In this document: positions 63,089-64,000 of the stretch, in pieces
How the letters are laid out: the number at the start of each line of letters is the position of its first letter
Position numbering within the stretch: the first letter of the stretch is position 1
Origin: Carcharhinus longimanus
Taxonomy: Eukaryota
Length of the DNA: 64,000 bases
Direction: 5' to 3'
NCBI GenBank assembly: GCA_030264375.1
Contig: JASCQW010000032.1
Coordinates: 50,358,165-50,422,164 of the forward strand
Position numbers and translations under genes: made by a program
The notes under the pieces: model-generated
The model's database searches: none
What the model saw: the letters and a program-made list of their open reading frames with translations, nothing else
What the model was told of the DNA's origin: nothing

Positions 63089-64000
63089 CATGGGATGACT
63101 AAACTCATTTCACAAAGGATTTGAGTTTTATACACCTTGGTGATATCCCCATATCATCCCAGGCCTGTCCACATCATAACACTGAGCCCATTGTCCGCAT
63201 ACAGGATATTGGTCTCAGCACACAGCAGAGAGAGGCTGACTTGACTGCAACATAAATCAGGGAGGACGAGAAGCAGGAGGACACACGCATATTCATAGAA
63301 TCCATACAGTGCAAAAGGAGATCAATCGAGAAAACTGATCACTAATTAAAAAAGGTCTAAAAATGTTTTCTCATACAATATAGAACATCTGTCAATGTTA
63401 CTGTCTGCAACCAGTCAAAAAATACAATTCTAAGTGCATTCAAAAAATCTCTATGAAATTAAAAATACAACTGTTGGGAGAGACTTGAGAAGCACAAGGA
63501 TAATTGTGAAATCAAATATTAATGGTTCTTAAAAATCAGAGAATGATGCAGCAGAGAAGGAGACAGTTTGGTCCATCTTGTCTGTGCAGGCCCTTTGGTA
63601 GAATTCTTCAATGTTGTCTCACTTTCCTGTTTTCCCCCAAAGCTTTTCTCACCAAACTACTAACCTACAGTAAATTTAGTACACAGAATGTTATTTATGT
63701 AACAGTGATTCTAATACGAATTAAATTATTTCAGTAAAGAGCCATGCCACCCACTTTGAACAAAATCACATTCATTTATGCACCTAACCTGTCTGGCGAT
63801 ATGCAAGGTAGAAGAAAAATCATTTTGGAGATGCAAAAGCAGTGGAAAAAGAATAGCATATGGCTTATACAAACATACAGTACTTATTAGCACAGCGTAG
63901 GTTTAGAGCAGCAAATGAATCATCCCCTATTTAAAACATCAATAGTCCATATTTATAACACTTACCCAATTTAAACCAACCTTCAGTCGTCAGTGCATGA

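Overview
Vertebrate nuclear genomic DNA, almost certainly a shark/elasmobranch draft assembly (HE1-type V-SINEs, Deu-domain SINEs, CR1, Penelope and Harbinger relics; several N-gaps). It contains one protein-coding gene: the orphan nuclear receptor NR4A2 (Nurr1) on the minus strand. It has six coding exons (50729-49872, 49175-49046, 48909-48746, 48251-48049, 47871-47693, 47545-47289; 1791 nt, 596 aa), two predicted non-coding 5' exons, a CRE/CCAAT promoter near 53.34-53.43 kb and a ~1.3 kb 3'UTR. The gene sits in a CpG-retaining domain (~40-55.5 kb) whose core is nearly repeat-free; the rest is repeat-rich intergenic DNA with candidate enhancers. I found no evidence for a new multi-gene system. 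The best leads are in NR4A2 itself: (1) intron 6 ends in CAT rather than CAG at the orthologous acceptor, with in-frame alternative AGs on both sides; (2) an upstream ATG in exon 1 gives a short uORF if exon 2 is included but an in-frame N-terminal extension if exon 2 is skipped; (3) promoter, enhancer-like and miRNA-site architecture that looks ancient. Comparisons with mammalian NR4A2 and repeat family names are from memory, not from a database search; repeat boundaries are approximate.
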